The translations under genes were made by a program, and so were the position numbers. From assembly GCF_009914755.1 (NCBI RefSeq), contig NC_060941.1: a DNA stretch of 64,000 nucleotides, one strand, 5' to 3'. A model generated the notes under the pieces. It was not told where the DNA came from. It saw nothing but the letters and a program-made list of their open reading frames with translations, and did not search any database. The DNA comes from the human T2T-CHM13v2.0 reference genome, Homo sapiens. Positions within the stretch are counted from its first letter, which is position 1, and each line of letters opens with the position of its first letter. Below, in pieces: positions 13,614 through 25,296 of this stretch.

Positions 13614-13851
13614 GGAGAGGAAAGAAATAAAAGTCACCTTGTCCCTGGGGCTTTGAGGAACTAGTGAAAGGACAGAAAAGTGGCCCAGGTTGCTTTGTGG
13701 TAGGAAACAGTGGCACTATTCCTGAGCTTAGATAGAAATATATACTGGGAACCACAGGCTCTCTGCCAGTGTCCTGCCAGTGGAGCACCCTTTGAGAGAG
13801 TGAAAGCAAGTGTTCTGATATTCTACAGAGGATGAAACTCAGTTCTCATGG

Positions 13852-14753
<902 letters not shown>

Positions 14754-15026
14754 ATGGGGTTCAGATTCAAACAATAATTATTGAATGACTCTTGTGTGCC
14801 TGGCACATTAAAAGGTGGCTTCCCATTCATTATCTCATTCAAACTTCACAGTACTTTGGTGACATAGGTATCATAACCTTATTTCATGAATTAGTACCAT
14901 GAGGCTCAGAGAAAAGTTATTTCCACAAGATGCCCAGGAAGTTGAGGGCAGACCTGGAACTGGGGTCCGCCTCCTGATTCGGGCCCTCTCTGCAATACCG
15001 AAAACCATTTTATTTTAGACTATTTA

Positions 15027-15074
15027 TTAGATTGGTGCAAAATCATTGTGATTTTAAGTTTTGCACCAACCTAA
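15027..15074. mobile_element. Internally deleted MADE1 (Hsmar1 MITE)
   Basis: TIRs TTAGATTGGTGCAAAA ... TTTTGCACCAACCTAA flanked by TA on both sides. Confidence 0.85.
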
Positions 15075-17076
15075 TATTAAGGGAATTTGATTTCTAAACT
15101 CGGTAACTTAAAATTATAATTTATATTGTTTTGGTGCAATCCTGACATCCAGAACCATGGAGAAACGTAATCCCAGATTCTACATTTCTTCTACTTCTTT
15201 ATAAAACAGCATTTGGGGAGAGGTAGGATTTATAATCAGATGTAGATACTACTTAAGGAAAAACTGGGCTAGAAACAGGATCTCCAGATAACGTTACTAG
15301 TGATGCTGATACACTGGATTTCTTCCCAGCTCCAGCTTTCATTTAGTTGTTTGCTCATAACATATTATAACCCCTTTCTATAGTAAACTGGCACAAGGTT
15401 TTCTTAAATTGATTCAGGAGGATAAATTGTAAAGTTATATCAGGAGAGGGGTAAAATCCACATTCACCAAAATGGAGGATTAGGGTTAGGGGTTAGAGCT
15501 GAGAGGGAGAAGAGATCAGAAAGGGAAGAAAAGGTGTAGGACACCCTGCTCTGGGGATGAGAAGGGAAGCTGAGAATGCCATTGACTTGTCACCAAAGGA
15601 GAAACTGAAGTTAGAGAGTCAGGGAGTATTTGGAGAAGCGTGGACAGTTATCTAGTAGGTTCTGGGTAAAGCAAGAGTTCAGTGGCCGAATGAAGAGCTC
15701 CACCTAAGCGGGTCTGAATGTCTTAGGAGGATTCCAGGCCTCAGGCTCCTGCATAATTCTACGGCAAGGGCAAGAAGTTGTAAAACAGGTTTTGAGCAAA
15801 ATAGCCACATAGACTAATTTGGCCTGGCATTGTCCTAACTCTTAATACCTCTCTCTCTCTGCTCCTCAGCACCCAAAGCCCACCCATATGTACCAACCAA
15901 CTGCACCTTCCTCTACCGGCCTACTCTTCATCTACCCTGGGTCCCATCCTCCCGTCTCCTCCTCCTCCTCCCTCAGAGCTCCACCTAAGCCTGTCTTCAA
16001 AGGCAATGACCTGCATACAGAATTAGGCCATCTCTTCTACTCTCCACCCCATCAGCTCTCAAATTTCCACCAAAACTTATCTCATCTTATAGTTGTCAGG
16101 AAAGCAACTTGAATAATGATGACTTCATGTGTTAACTACCTCAGGTCCTTTACATGGTAAAGAAGGCACTCATTACCTCAAACACCACAGACATTCAGAA
16201 TTGTGTTTTCTGAAGAAATTTTAGACCTTTTTTGTGGTGCATCTCAAAGTATACAAAGCACACACTTCATATTAACATATCATGTTAAGTAGATGCTAGA
16301 GGAAAGATCCAGTTTTATCACCAGTGTCTTAACCACTGTGTTGTACCCTCGGCATGAGCTTACCTTTGAAGAGCAATCTACAAGAGGAGTTTACCTGGTA
16401 AGTCGCTGAATTTGAGAGGAGGTGGCAAAATGGCAGAGGAATTGCTTCAAAATGGATGAGTCTGATTGAGACGCTTTTGTATACTGGAAACGGGGACAAA
16501 TAAGCAGGATGTGCATTTGTTATGTTGAGAATGTTCCTTGCTGTGTTTATAGCTTATTTGAAATGTACTAAATTATTAAAAGTTTCTCCTTAAATACAAA
16601 GATTTAGAAAGCTGAGGCCTAAAAGTAGATCCTACTGGTCACAGTAGATTAAGAAATGTTTCTGTATCTGAGCTTAAGACAATGAGTAAGATACGAGAAA
16701 AGTGGTTATCAGGGTTGGGGTTACTGACCCTTCTAACTTCCCCTCTCTCAGACCTCCTCGTGGGATGAAGTAAATCAGGGAGTCTCTCGCTGCTTTCCTC
16801 AGTGTCTGTGGGTATTTAATAAACGTTGATGGAAACGCTTCACCAACCTGAGTGCATTGCCTCTCTTCTCTAGCCTCATCTATAAAAGAACTCTAAGTCA
16901 TTTCTAAGCCAAGAAACGGCTGTGCTTTTACTACCTTTGTCATTATTATATGTCAGAATAGACCTTACCTGATTCAGCGTTTTCCTTCGAACTTCATATT
17001 CTACAGCTTTGTAATGATAGTTGATAGTAATTTTCATTTGCAATAAAAAAATAAAAGTTTAAACCAATGAAATAGC

Positions 17077-17470
17077 TGCAAGCCTGCTGTATCGGTTCGA
17101 ACCCCAAGAGCGCGGTAACAAACACCACAAGGCGGTGTGGAGCAACACGCTGTTCTAATGAGCGCCTGGGTACAGACGGGCTGAGGTCTACAATGGCGTC
17201 AGCACCAAATGAGTATGCGGCAGGGGTTTATAAAGTCTCCTGTAAACAGGAAGTGTCTCAGTCTGATGTAACTGCTACGCAGTACGCGGACGGCCTCTCT
17301 TTCCGTCTTCAGCGGGTACGTGTCTTCCGGGCAGCCCTCTTCCTGCTTCTGCTATCTTGCTGACGCAGGCTGCTGACTCAAGTGGTCTTGAGCCTTGGGA
17401 CTGGGCCTGAGAAGGGAGGAGTTATTCACCCTCCACCCCGCAGCTTCCAGGCCCAGTGGAAAGTCTTTCA
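17077..17470 (-). mobile_element. Solo LTR, LTR18A-like (ERVL)
   Basis: TG...CA termini; 5-bp TSD ATAGC at 17072-17076 and 17471-17475; resembles remembered LTR18A consensus. Confidence 0.8.
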
Positions 17471-18227
17471 ATAGCCACCATCAGTTTCTACGGAGCAACA
17501 TGTAAAAAATTACAAAAGTAGGAACATTGCAAATGCTTTCTCATGGCGGAATTAATGGCGACAAGAAAATTACGAAAGCATCGAAGCACTTTTAAGGCTG
17601 AGTTTTAATCCTAAGAAACACAAATGCTAAATATAAAATTCCAGTCAATCAACAAGTGCTAGCCTCGATTATTTAATGGTAAACAGTTGGGAAAAAGCTC
17701 AAATTAACACGAAATACTAAATAAGAGACTAATAAATATTTCATCTAGTTAGTGTGACAAAAAGGCCTCCATAAACTTCTTTGCTCATTGGGTAGGCTGA
17801 GAAATGGGTCAGATTGGATATGGTTTATTTGGTTACAATTGATCATTTGGCCTAAAGACAACTGTCTTTTAAAAAATGCGTTATTTATATCGTTGGAGAG
17901 TCAAGAAAAGGATGAGTGTATAGACCTAAACAGAATCTGAATGCTTGCCTTTGGCTAAGTTGAAGTTAATGATCACAATAATGAACCACATCAGGAAACA
18001 TGGTGAGCTTGGGGCCGAATTTTCAGTTGTAACTTGTACCTCTCAAATTGTTACATTATTCAACAATACATTTTCCACACACTCAAATTTGTTCACTTGT
18101 AACTTGTATTAATTGAAAATTCATTCACTTTGGAAGGTGTTTTGAAAGAGGCTTGTGTATAGCAGTTGCTGGTACCCCTGGAATTCAAAATGATGCCAAC
18201 TGAATGCCATTTCAAATAAAACCTTTC

Positions 18228-18229
18228 AT

Positions 18230-18268
<39 letters not shown>

Positions 18269-18272
18269 TTTT
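18228..18272. repeat. (ATTT)n microsatellite
   Basis: About 10 perfect ATTT units. Confidence 0.95.
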
Positions 18273-19200
18273 TTGGCAGAAGAAAAGAGCAGAGTCACAC
18301 AGTAGCTCTCGATTTATGAACAGTGTTTTCTAACTCTCAGACTCCCACCGTGTGTGTAGTTCCCTTGAAGGAACTAGGTTGGACACATTTAACAAGAAAA
18401 TAATTGTATCTCTATATCTGCTTTTTAATTTGAAATCATATGGACCTTTGATTATACTTCATCCCATTCTCATGCCTCCTATGACCAGTTGAGAGGGTGG
18501 ACACTGAGAATCCTACAGCAGCTTCTTCTGTTTGTAAAATATTGTTCAATGACAAGTCAGACAGATAGAAACCTCCAAAGCATGGTGGCTATTGTGGACA
18601 AAATTTGTGAAAATATTTTACATTGGACCTTCCAGTAAGCATTTTCGCAGCCCTAGGTCACATCTTGAAATTATACAATTGGATCCCCCCAAATTGGGTT
18701 GAAGTGCTGACAAACGAGAGGATGTAACAGATCAAAACTGATCTGGATGATGGGTGAGTGAAGTGCAGGCAGATAGAGGACAGAGATAAACCCATACATG
18801 CCTTACGGGAGTTTGTGGCTTTAAGTGGAGTCCATCCTTGTAAGTGGTGCATTAAACAAAGAGTTTATTGTAAAGTGGGCCTGATCCCTGGAGGAAAAGA
18901 AAATTGATTCTTTTTCACTGGAGGGAAGTTAACTCTTTCTGTCCTTTTGCAGCAGAGAAGGTGCTGAACACATATTTAGTGATGAATTTCCCTGGTTAGT
19001 TCCAAGGGGTCTTTATGTCAGGAATAGTATTTATTCATACTGCATTTTCTATGTAATAGAGAGGCAGGATTCCCTAAAGTCCCCCGTTATAATCCCTTCA
19101 TCCCATCTAGCACAGGTAGACTGTGAAAAACACATATTCTAATAGTTACTAAGCTGTTAAAATTGGCTACAATACTTTTATTTTTGTTTGTTTTGCACAG

Positions 19201-19297
19201 GAGTAACTCAAGATGATTTTGATGTTGCAGTTTTAAATTTCACTTTGACTTGAGCTGGGAAATCCTTTGGCCTATTATACCATGGATGCTAAAAATG
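19201..19297 (+). other. KCNJ16: KCNJ16 penultimate (5'UTR or optionally coding) exon, 97 nt
   Basis: Acceptor TTTTGTTTGTTTTGCACAG|G and donor ATG|GTAAGA, 1 kb upstream of the coding-exon acceptor. Confidence 0.8.
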
Positions 19298-20409
19298 GTA
19301 AGAGCTGCATGTTCTGCCTTGATGTTTTCAAGACTGAATTTGGAGGGAGAAAAATTATTTTGCCTAAGGATGTCCGTGAAAGTATCAGGAAAACACTGAA
19401 AAGCCGGAGAGAAGGGTTCAATTGTAGCGTGCTCCCTTTAAGAGGGAAACGAGATTAGCAACTTTGGCAAATTTTTGGGACTCTATTCAGAGGGAAAGAG
19501 AAGAGCTGCCAGTGTCAAAAAAAAAAAAAAAGAAAGAAAGAAAAGAAAAAAAAAAGGATGAATGTTATGAGACAAAGACAGAGGCAATTTTACACCTTTC
19601 TGAAAGCTTACCTGGGAGTAGTTTTAGGTCCACTGAGGTTAAGAAAGATGCATTTTTTTTTCTTTTCTTTCAAGACTAAAGGTGGAGTTAGGGGGAAATG
19701 AGTTTAATGTGAAGTAGTACTCCTGTCAGTTCTGTTTGTCCTGGGAAGTATACAAGGAAGAAAAGCCTCCGTGGAAGAGAGAGCAAGCACCAGGTGCTGA
19801 AGGTGAGGGATTACCTATTACACTAACAATTATGAAAGTTACATTATGATATGAAAGTAGAAACTCTTTATTGCATCCTTCTTTTAAGGAAAAACCTGAT
19901 TTAAACAGTTAGGAAGCTTATGACTGCTAGACACATATCTGAATTGAATTTTGCCTTTTCATATTAGCAATTACTTTGTTTTCTAAATGCCCTCATGCAA
20001 GAATAGTTTACAAAAATAAAGCAGATTTTTTTTTATATCAGGTCAGAAAAGTTAGTGAGGCATCATTTGGGATAATCACAGTGTTTACCCAAGCCTTATT
20101 CATATATAAAAATGTTATTTTCTCTAATTGCATATTTTGCCTCTATAATGACTGGTTAAATTCTAAACTGAAATGAGTAATCAATACTGTGCACCTAATG
20201 TTCAGATGAAGTCGTAGCTATTTTAGATGGTATGACACTGCTCCAAATTTGGCAAATTGCTATAAAGATGGACATTGAAAGCTAAAAAGTGTGTTTTTGT
20301 TGTTGTTGTTTTTTAGGTTCTAACTGAAAACCCAAACCAAGAAATAGCAACAAGTCTAGAATTCTTACTACTACAAAACTCACCTGGATCCCTAAGGGCA
20401 CAGCAAAGA

Positions 20410-21666
20410 ATGAGCTATTACGGCAGCAGCTATCATATTATCAATGCGGACGCAAAATACCCAGGCTACCCGCCAGAGCACATTATAGCTGAGAAGAGAA
20501 GAGCAAGAAGACGATTACTTCACAAAGATGGCAGCTGTAATGTCTACTTCAAGCACATTTTTGGAGAATGGGGAAGCTATGTGGTTGACATCTTCACCAC
20601 TCTTGTGGACACCAAGTGGCGCCATATGTTTGTGATATTTTCTTTATCTTATATTCTCTCGTGGTTGATATTTGGCTCTGTCTTTTGGCTCATAGCCTTT
20701 CATCATGGCGATCTATTAAATGATCCAGACATCACACCTTGTGTTGACAACGTCCATTCTTTCACAGGGGCCTTTTTGTTCTCCCTAGAGACCCAAACCA
20801 CCATAGGATATGGTTATCGCTGTGTTACTGAAGAATGTTCTGTGGCCGTGCTCATGGTGATCCTCCAGTCCATCTTAAGTTGCATCATAAATACCTTTAT
20901 CATTGGAGCTGCCTTGGCCAAAATGGCAACTGCTCGAAAGAGAGCCCAAACCATTCGTTTCAGCTACTTTGCACTTATAGGTATGAGAGATGGGAAGCTT
21001 TGCCTCATGTGGCGCATTGGTGATTTTCGGCCAAACCACGTGGTAGAAGGAACAGTTAGAGCCCAACTTCTCCGCTATACAGAAGACAGTGAAGGGAGGA
21101 TGACGATGGCATTTAAAGACCTCAAATTAGTCAACGACCAAATCATCCTGGTCACCCCGGTAACTATTGTCCATGAAATTGACCATGAGAGCCCTCTGTA
21201 TGCCCTTGACCGCAAAGCAGTAGCCAAAGATAACTTTGAGATTTTGGTGACATTTATCTATACTGGTGATTCCACTGGAACATCTCACCAATCTAGAAGC
21301 TCCTATGTTCCCCGAGAAATTCTCTGGGGCCATAGGTTTAATGATGTCTTGGAAGTTAAGAGGAAGTATTACAAAGTGAACTGCTTACAGTTTGAAGGAA
21401 GTGTGGAAGTATATGCCCCCTTTTGCAGTGCCAAGCAATTGGACTGGAAAGACCAGCAGCTCCACATAGAAAAAGCACCACCAGTTCGAGAATCCTGCAC
21501 GTCGGACACCAAGGCGAGACGAAGGTCATTTAGTGCAGTTGCCATTGTCAGCAGCTGTGAAAACCCTGAGGAGACCACCACTTCCGCCACACATGAATAT
21601 AGGGAAACACCTTATCAGAAAGCTCTCCTGACTTTAAACAGAATCTCTGTAGAATCCCAAATGTAG
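20410..21666 (+). CDS. KCNJ16: Inward rectifier potassium channel 16 (Kir5.1), 418 aa
   Basis: Intact ORF; KDGSCNV, M1, ETQTTIGYG filter, M2, [19 protein letters not shown]-terminal ESQM; recognised as human Kir5.1. Confidence 0.99.
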   Translation: MSYYGSSYHIINADAKYPGYPPEHIIAEKRRARRRLLHKDGSCNVYFKHIFGEWGSYVVDIFTTLVDTKWRHMFVIFSLSYILSWLIFGSVFWLIAFHHGDLLNDPDITPCVDNVHSFTGAFLFSLETQTTIGYGYRCVTEECSVAVLMVILQSILSCIINTFIIGAALAKMATARKRAQTIRFSYFALIGMRDGKLCLMWRIGDFRPNHVVEGTVRAQLLRYTEDSEGRMTMAFKDLKLVNDQIILVTPVTIVHEIDHESPLYALDRKAVAKDNFEILVTFIYTGDSTGTSHQSRSSYVPREILWGHRFNDVLEVKRKYYKVNCLQFEGSVEVYAPFCSAKQLDWKDQQLHIEKAPPVRESCTSDTKARRRSFSAVAIVSSCENPEETTTSATHEYRETPYQKALLTLNRISVESQM

Positions 21667-23239
21667 TCCTAAATTGCAATTATGAGGGCTACCACTGAAT
21701 CATTTTATCTTTCAGCCAATCAAGTCGTTGTAAACGTGGCTTTTTTGAAAGTGTTATGGCTATGTTTTATGATGATGCTGGGTAAGTAGAGTAAGTTAAA
21801 CTTGGTAAAAGATAATCTAAAAATTCCATAGTTCTCAGTTATTAAAATTTTTCTTGTTCGCCAATTTTGTATTAAGAATGCTATTAAGCCTAATTGATTA
21901 AAATTTATCTTTTTTATTATCTTACATGCTTGTATCTTCAGTTGGAGGTGTAGTATTCAAAAACGGGGAATGAAGGCAGGAAGGAGGCTGGAATAAATAA
22001 AAATAAAAATAGACAAGTAAGACAGCATAAATAATACATTTTTAAACATGTCAACATTGATAATACAATGAAGATTTACCATAAAAAGTATCATATCTAA
22101 CCAAGATATGCAAAAGATGCATTCAGTAAGCTGTAACGTTGAGAAATGTAACTGTGAAATCAGCTCACCAGTTCAAGTCACTAGGTTTGCCACTTGGACC
22201 GTCTTGGTTTCAGCGAGCATAGCGAGTGGCTGTAAGAAATTGTCCATGCCACCAATTCCACTGCTACTTGCCCAGGTAGTGATCAGTGAGAGTTAGAAGC
22301 AATTTTTTCTCTAACCGATGAGGCAGAAGAAAAGTTAACAGTATTTAAAGCAGCATTTCTCTCTTAACGTTCCTGGGAGACTCCAACAAATGGAGACCAG
22401 AAACAAGGCAACCACGACCTTGCTAGGTTCTCTGAGGAGGGGACTTTCTATGTTCACGTCCCACCTTCTTCGAGGACATGACCAAGGGACAGGATCATAC
22501 AGATGAGGTGAGGGGATGGTTAGCAGCGATAAACATTCTCAGACCCTTGGAGAGAAACCGTTGCTAGCTTGCTGGTCCCGAAAGATTGCAACTTTGGCTG
22601 CTACAGAAAGGATAGAACCTTTTTGGGGGGAGGGTGGGGAGGGAGATATTTATTTGTGCCCAGAAGCAGTTATGTATGCTTCTTGTCTTGGTTACTGTAC
22701 AAGATACAAATGACTCGAGTTGTGGATTGCAAGAAACTCTTTTATTAAACTTGGAACAACCATTTAAATGAAGGATTTTGTGAGATAGAATTCAATTAAA
22801 GCGATTTGAATGCACAGTAAGTGGATAATCTGAGTACAATGAAATTTCTTAAGTTTTAGAACATGAGATAAAGTTGTATACTCTACTTTCATGTTAAAAT
22901 GTTAATCATGATTACTTTAAGCCCACATCCACTGAGTAAAGAGTCACTTTAAACTTTATAAATCAAAGAGATATTAGGAACATTCAGAATTATTTGTGTT
23001 TTGTTTTTGTTTTACATTGTTGCTGCACTGGCAATAAGTATGTGGCACTGTTTTTATTTGTTTATGTTATTTAAATACACACCCAGACACACACACACAC
23101 AGTTTTTGCTTTTTCTGGAAAATCTTTCTTTCTCTTCTCTCTCCATGAAAATTAAAACACACAAGTGAATGAAGTAATTACATAGTCCAAGATTAGAAAT
23201 ACAAGTAAAATATATAGGTATAGGTAGATAGAGTGCCTT

Positions 23240-23345
23240 TCTGTTTCTTTTCTTTTCTTTTTTCTTTTTTTGTTCTTCCTTCCTTTCTTCCCTCCTCCCC
23301 CTCATCCTTCCCTTTCTCCTTCTTTTCCCTTTTTTTTTTTTTTTT
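23240..23345. repeat. CT-rich low-complexity and poly-T tract in KCNJ16 3'UTR
   Basis: Nearly pure pyrimidine run ending in a long T tract. Confidence 0.85.
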
Positions 23346-23903
23346 GACCTGGGAGTAATAAAGTTACTTTTTAAATGCACGTATGCAATCTTTTATTCCT
23401 CTTGTTTTATGGATAAGAGATTTGTTCAGGTCAAAAGTTGCAAAACTGTTCTGAAGCTTAATATTAGAGACCCAAGTAAGATTGTTTTTAGTCTTGCTTG
23501 AGGAATGCACACTCCATTTAAAAAATTGTGCGCTCTGTAGATTTGGATTTTACAGCAGCAATTACTTGGCTAAATTAGAGTACTGCAATCTTGTAAGTAG
23601 AAAACAGCCACCATGACAATAAACAAAAACACTTAAAAATATTTTTAGCTTGTTTTACCTACATCTAGTTTCATTTCATCTTGCTTTGCTTTGTTGACTC
23701 TGCTACCGCTGATGTTTGCCTTGTCAATATCAGAATAGGGGCATCAGTGTCCCGTGAAATACATTTTGTTGTGCTATGAGCCTCTGTAATCAAATGCTTG
23801 TACTCAGAAGAGAGTGTAAAATCAGCATTTCTATGTAACATATATCTCTAATTATCTGTGTAATTTTATAACATACTTTGACAACCCCAGTGAGTTACTT
23901 AAT

Positions 23904-23909
23904 AATAAA
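23904..23909 (+). terminator. KCNJ16: Probable distal KCNJ16 polyadenylation signal
   Basis: AATAAA with upstream TGTA elements and downstream GT/T-rich sequence. Confidence 0.65.
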
Positions 23910-25039
23910 GATCTTAAAATAATGCAAAAACTGTGTGCATATACCTATATTTTCAGTGGTATAAGTTCTCTTTGCTGATGTGGTCAGAATTGGGTACAGT
24001 GCACCAAAAATAAGAATGCTGCTTCATAGAAAGAGAACATAGGCAGCATTGTAAAGCATTTTTATGGGTTTTTTAACAGCTTGTACAACAGGTATATCTG
24101 AAGTAAAAATTAGTTGCTTCTGTAAGTATCACAAGCAGGTTCTATGTAAAATGGCAATTCTAGTTTCAAATGCCCTGCCAATAACGAGAAGTTGGTTGAA
24201 TATTTTTTCTTATGCCATCCACTTTTTCCCCCAAAATGAAATTATTCAATGAAGTTAAATAGATTTAAAATGAATTGTGGCATCAAGGTATTGCTCTACC
24301 ATGTGCTATAGTTTCTGAAGGGGGCCCTGGAGAAGTGAGTAAGACTAAGGAGAGAGAAGAAAATATTATTTTCATGTGCCACCAGATTAGTGAGTATTAT
24401 CAAGTGATTGATGCATGGATTTAATCCCCACAATAACATAGTAAGGTGGATTTTTTAAATTTCCATTTCATCGACTCTCCCATCATCTTCTTTTCCCTAA
24501 CAAATTCCTAATTGGAAAACAATGTGTTCGGGTTTATAAAAAAAAAAAATACAGCTGTATTTCCAGTCCCGATGCAGGTTGCTGGAGGGTAGGGTTAACT
24601 GGCATAGTTCTGGCACATAAGATGTTAGCAGGAATCTATGGGTGCGGCTTTTATGAAAGCTTTTAAGCTGACTTGGCTGGCTCATGCCCTGTTCCTCTCC
24701 CTGCTCACCTTTCTCTCCATCTGGACCTCTAACTTGGTAGCTTATGCTCTTGAAGCCACCTTGTAAGAATGCAAATCAAGGACACCCCCTACAAGGGAAA
24801 ATAGAAAGGTAAGAAAGACTGCAGCCCTAGATTGCACATCTCCAGACGTCTTTTTCATAAGTGAAAATAAATATGATTTCTAATTGACACAGCAATATAT
24901 CTAAGGGAAATTATCCAGGAAACAAGCCTGGTTTAAAAAAAAAAAAAACGATGCACAGCTTAGGTCCAACTTGTACTTGTCCATGACAGTTGATGGAGTT
25001 GATCACTGTGGAAACAGCTAGCTTTCTTTCTTGCTTTTT

Positions 25040-25296
<257 letters not shown>

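Larger units (their letters stand above)
20317..23930 (+). other. KCNJ16: KCNJ16 terminal exon (93-nt leader, CDS, ~2.26 kb 3'UTR)
   Basis: Acceptor TTGTTTTTTAG|GTT at 20316/20317; AATAAA at 23904; 3' end approximate. Confidence 0.8.

Noticed and set aside
15480-15498. TTAGGGTTAGGGGTTAGAG telomere-like run
   Set aside because: Only 2-3 units; too short to call an interstitial telomere
16216-16403. Strong donor CTG|GTAAGT at 16397/16398 as another KCNJ16 exon
   Set aside because: No convincing acceptor or promoter partner from sequence alone
19517-19556. A-rich tract as a transcript end or retrocopy tail
   Set aside because: No upstream element or TSD; likely simple sequence and a source of internal-priming artefacts
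20835-21590. Alternative-frame and antisense ORFs inside the KCNJ16 CDS (and similar ones at 63528-63788 in KCNJ2)
   Set aside because: Short shadow ORFs expected within coding sequence
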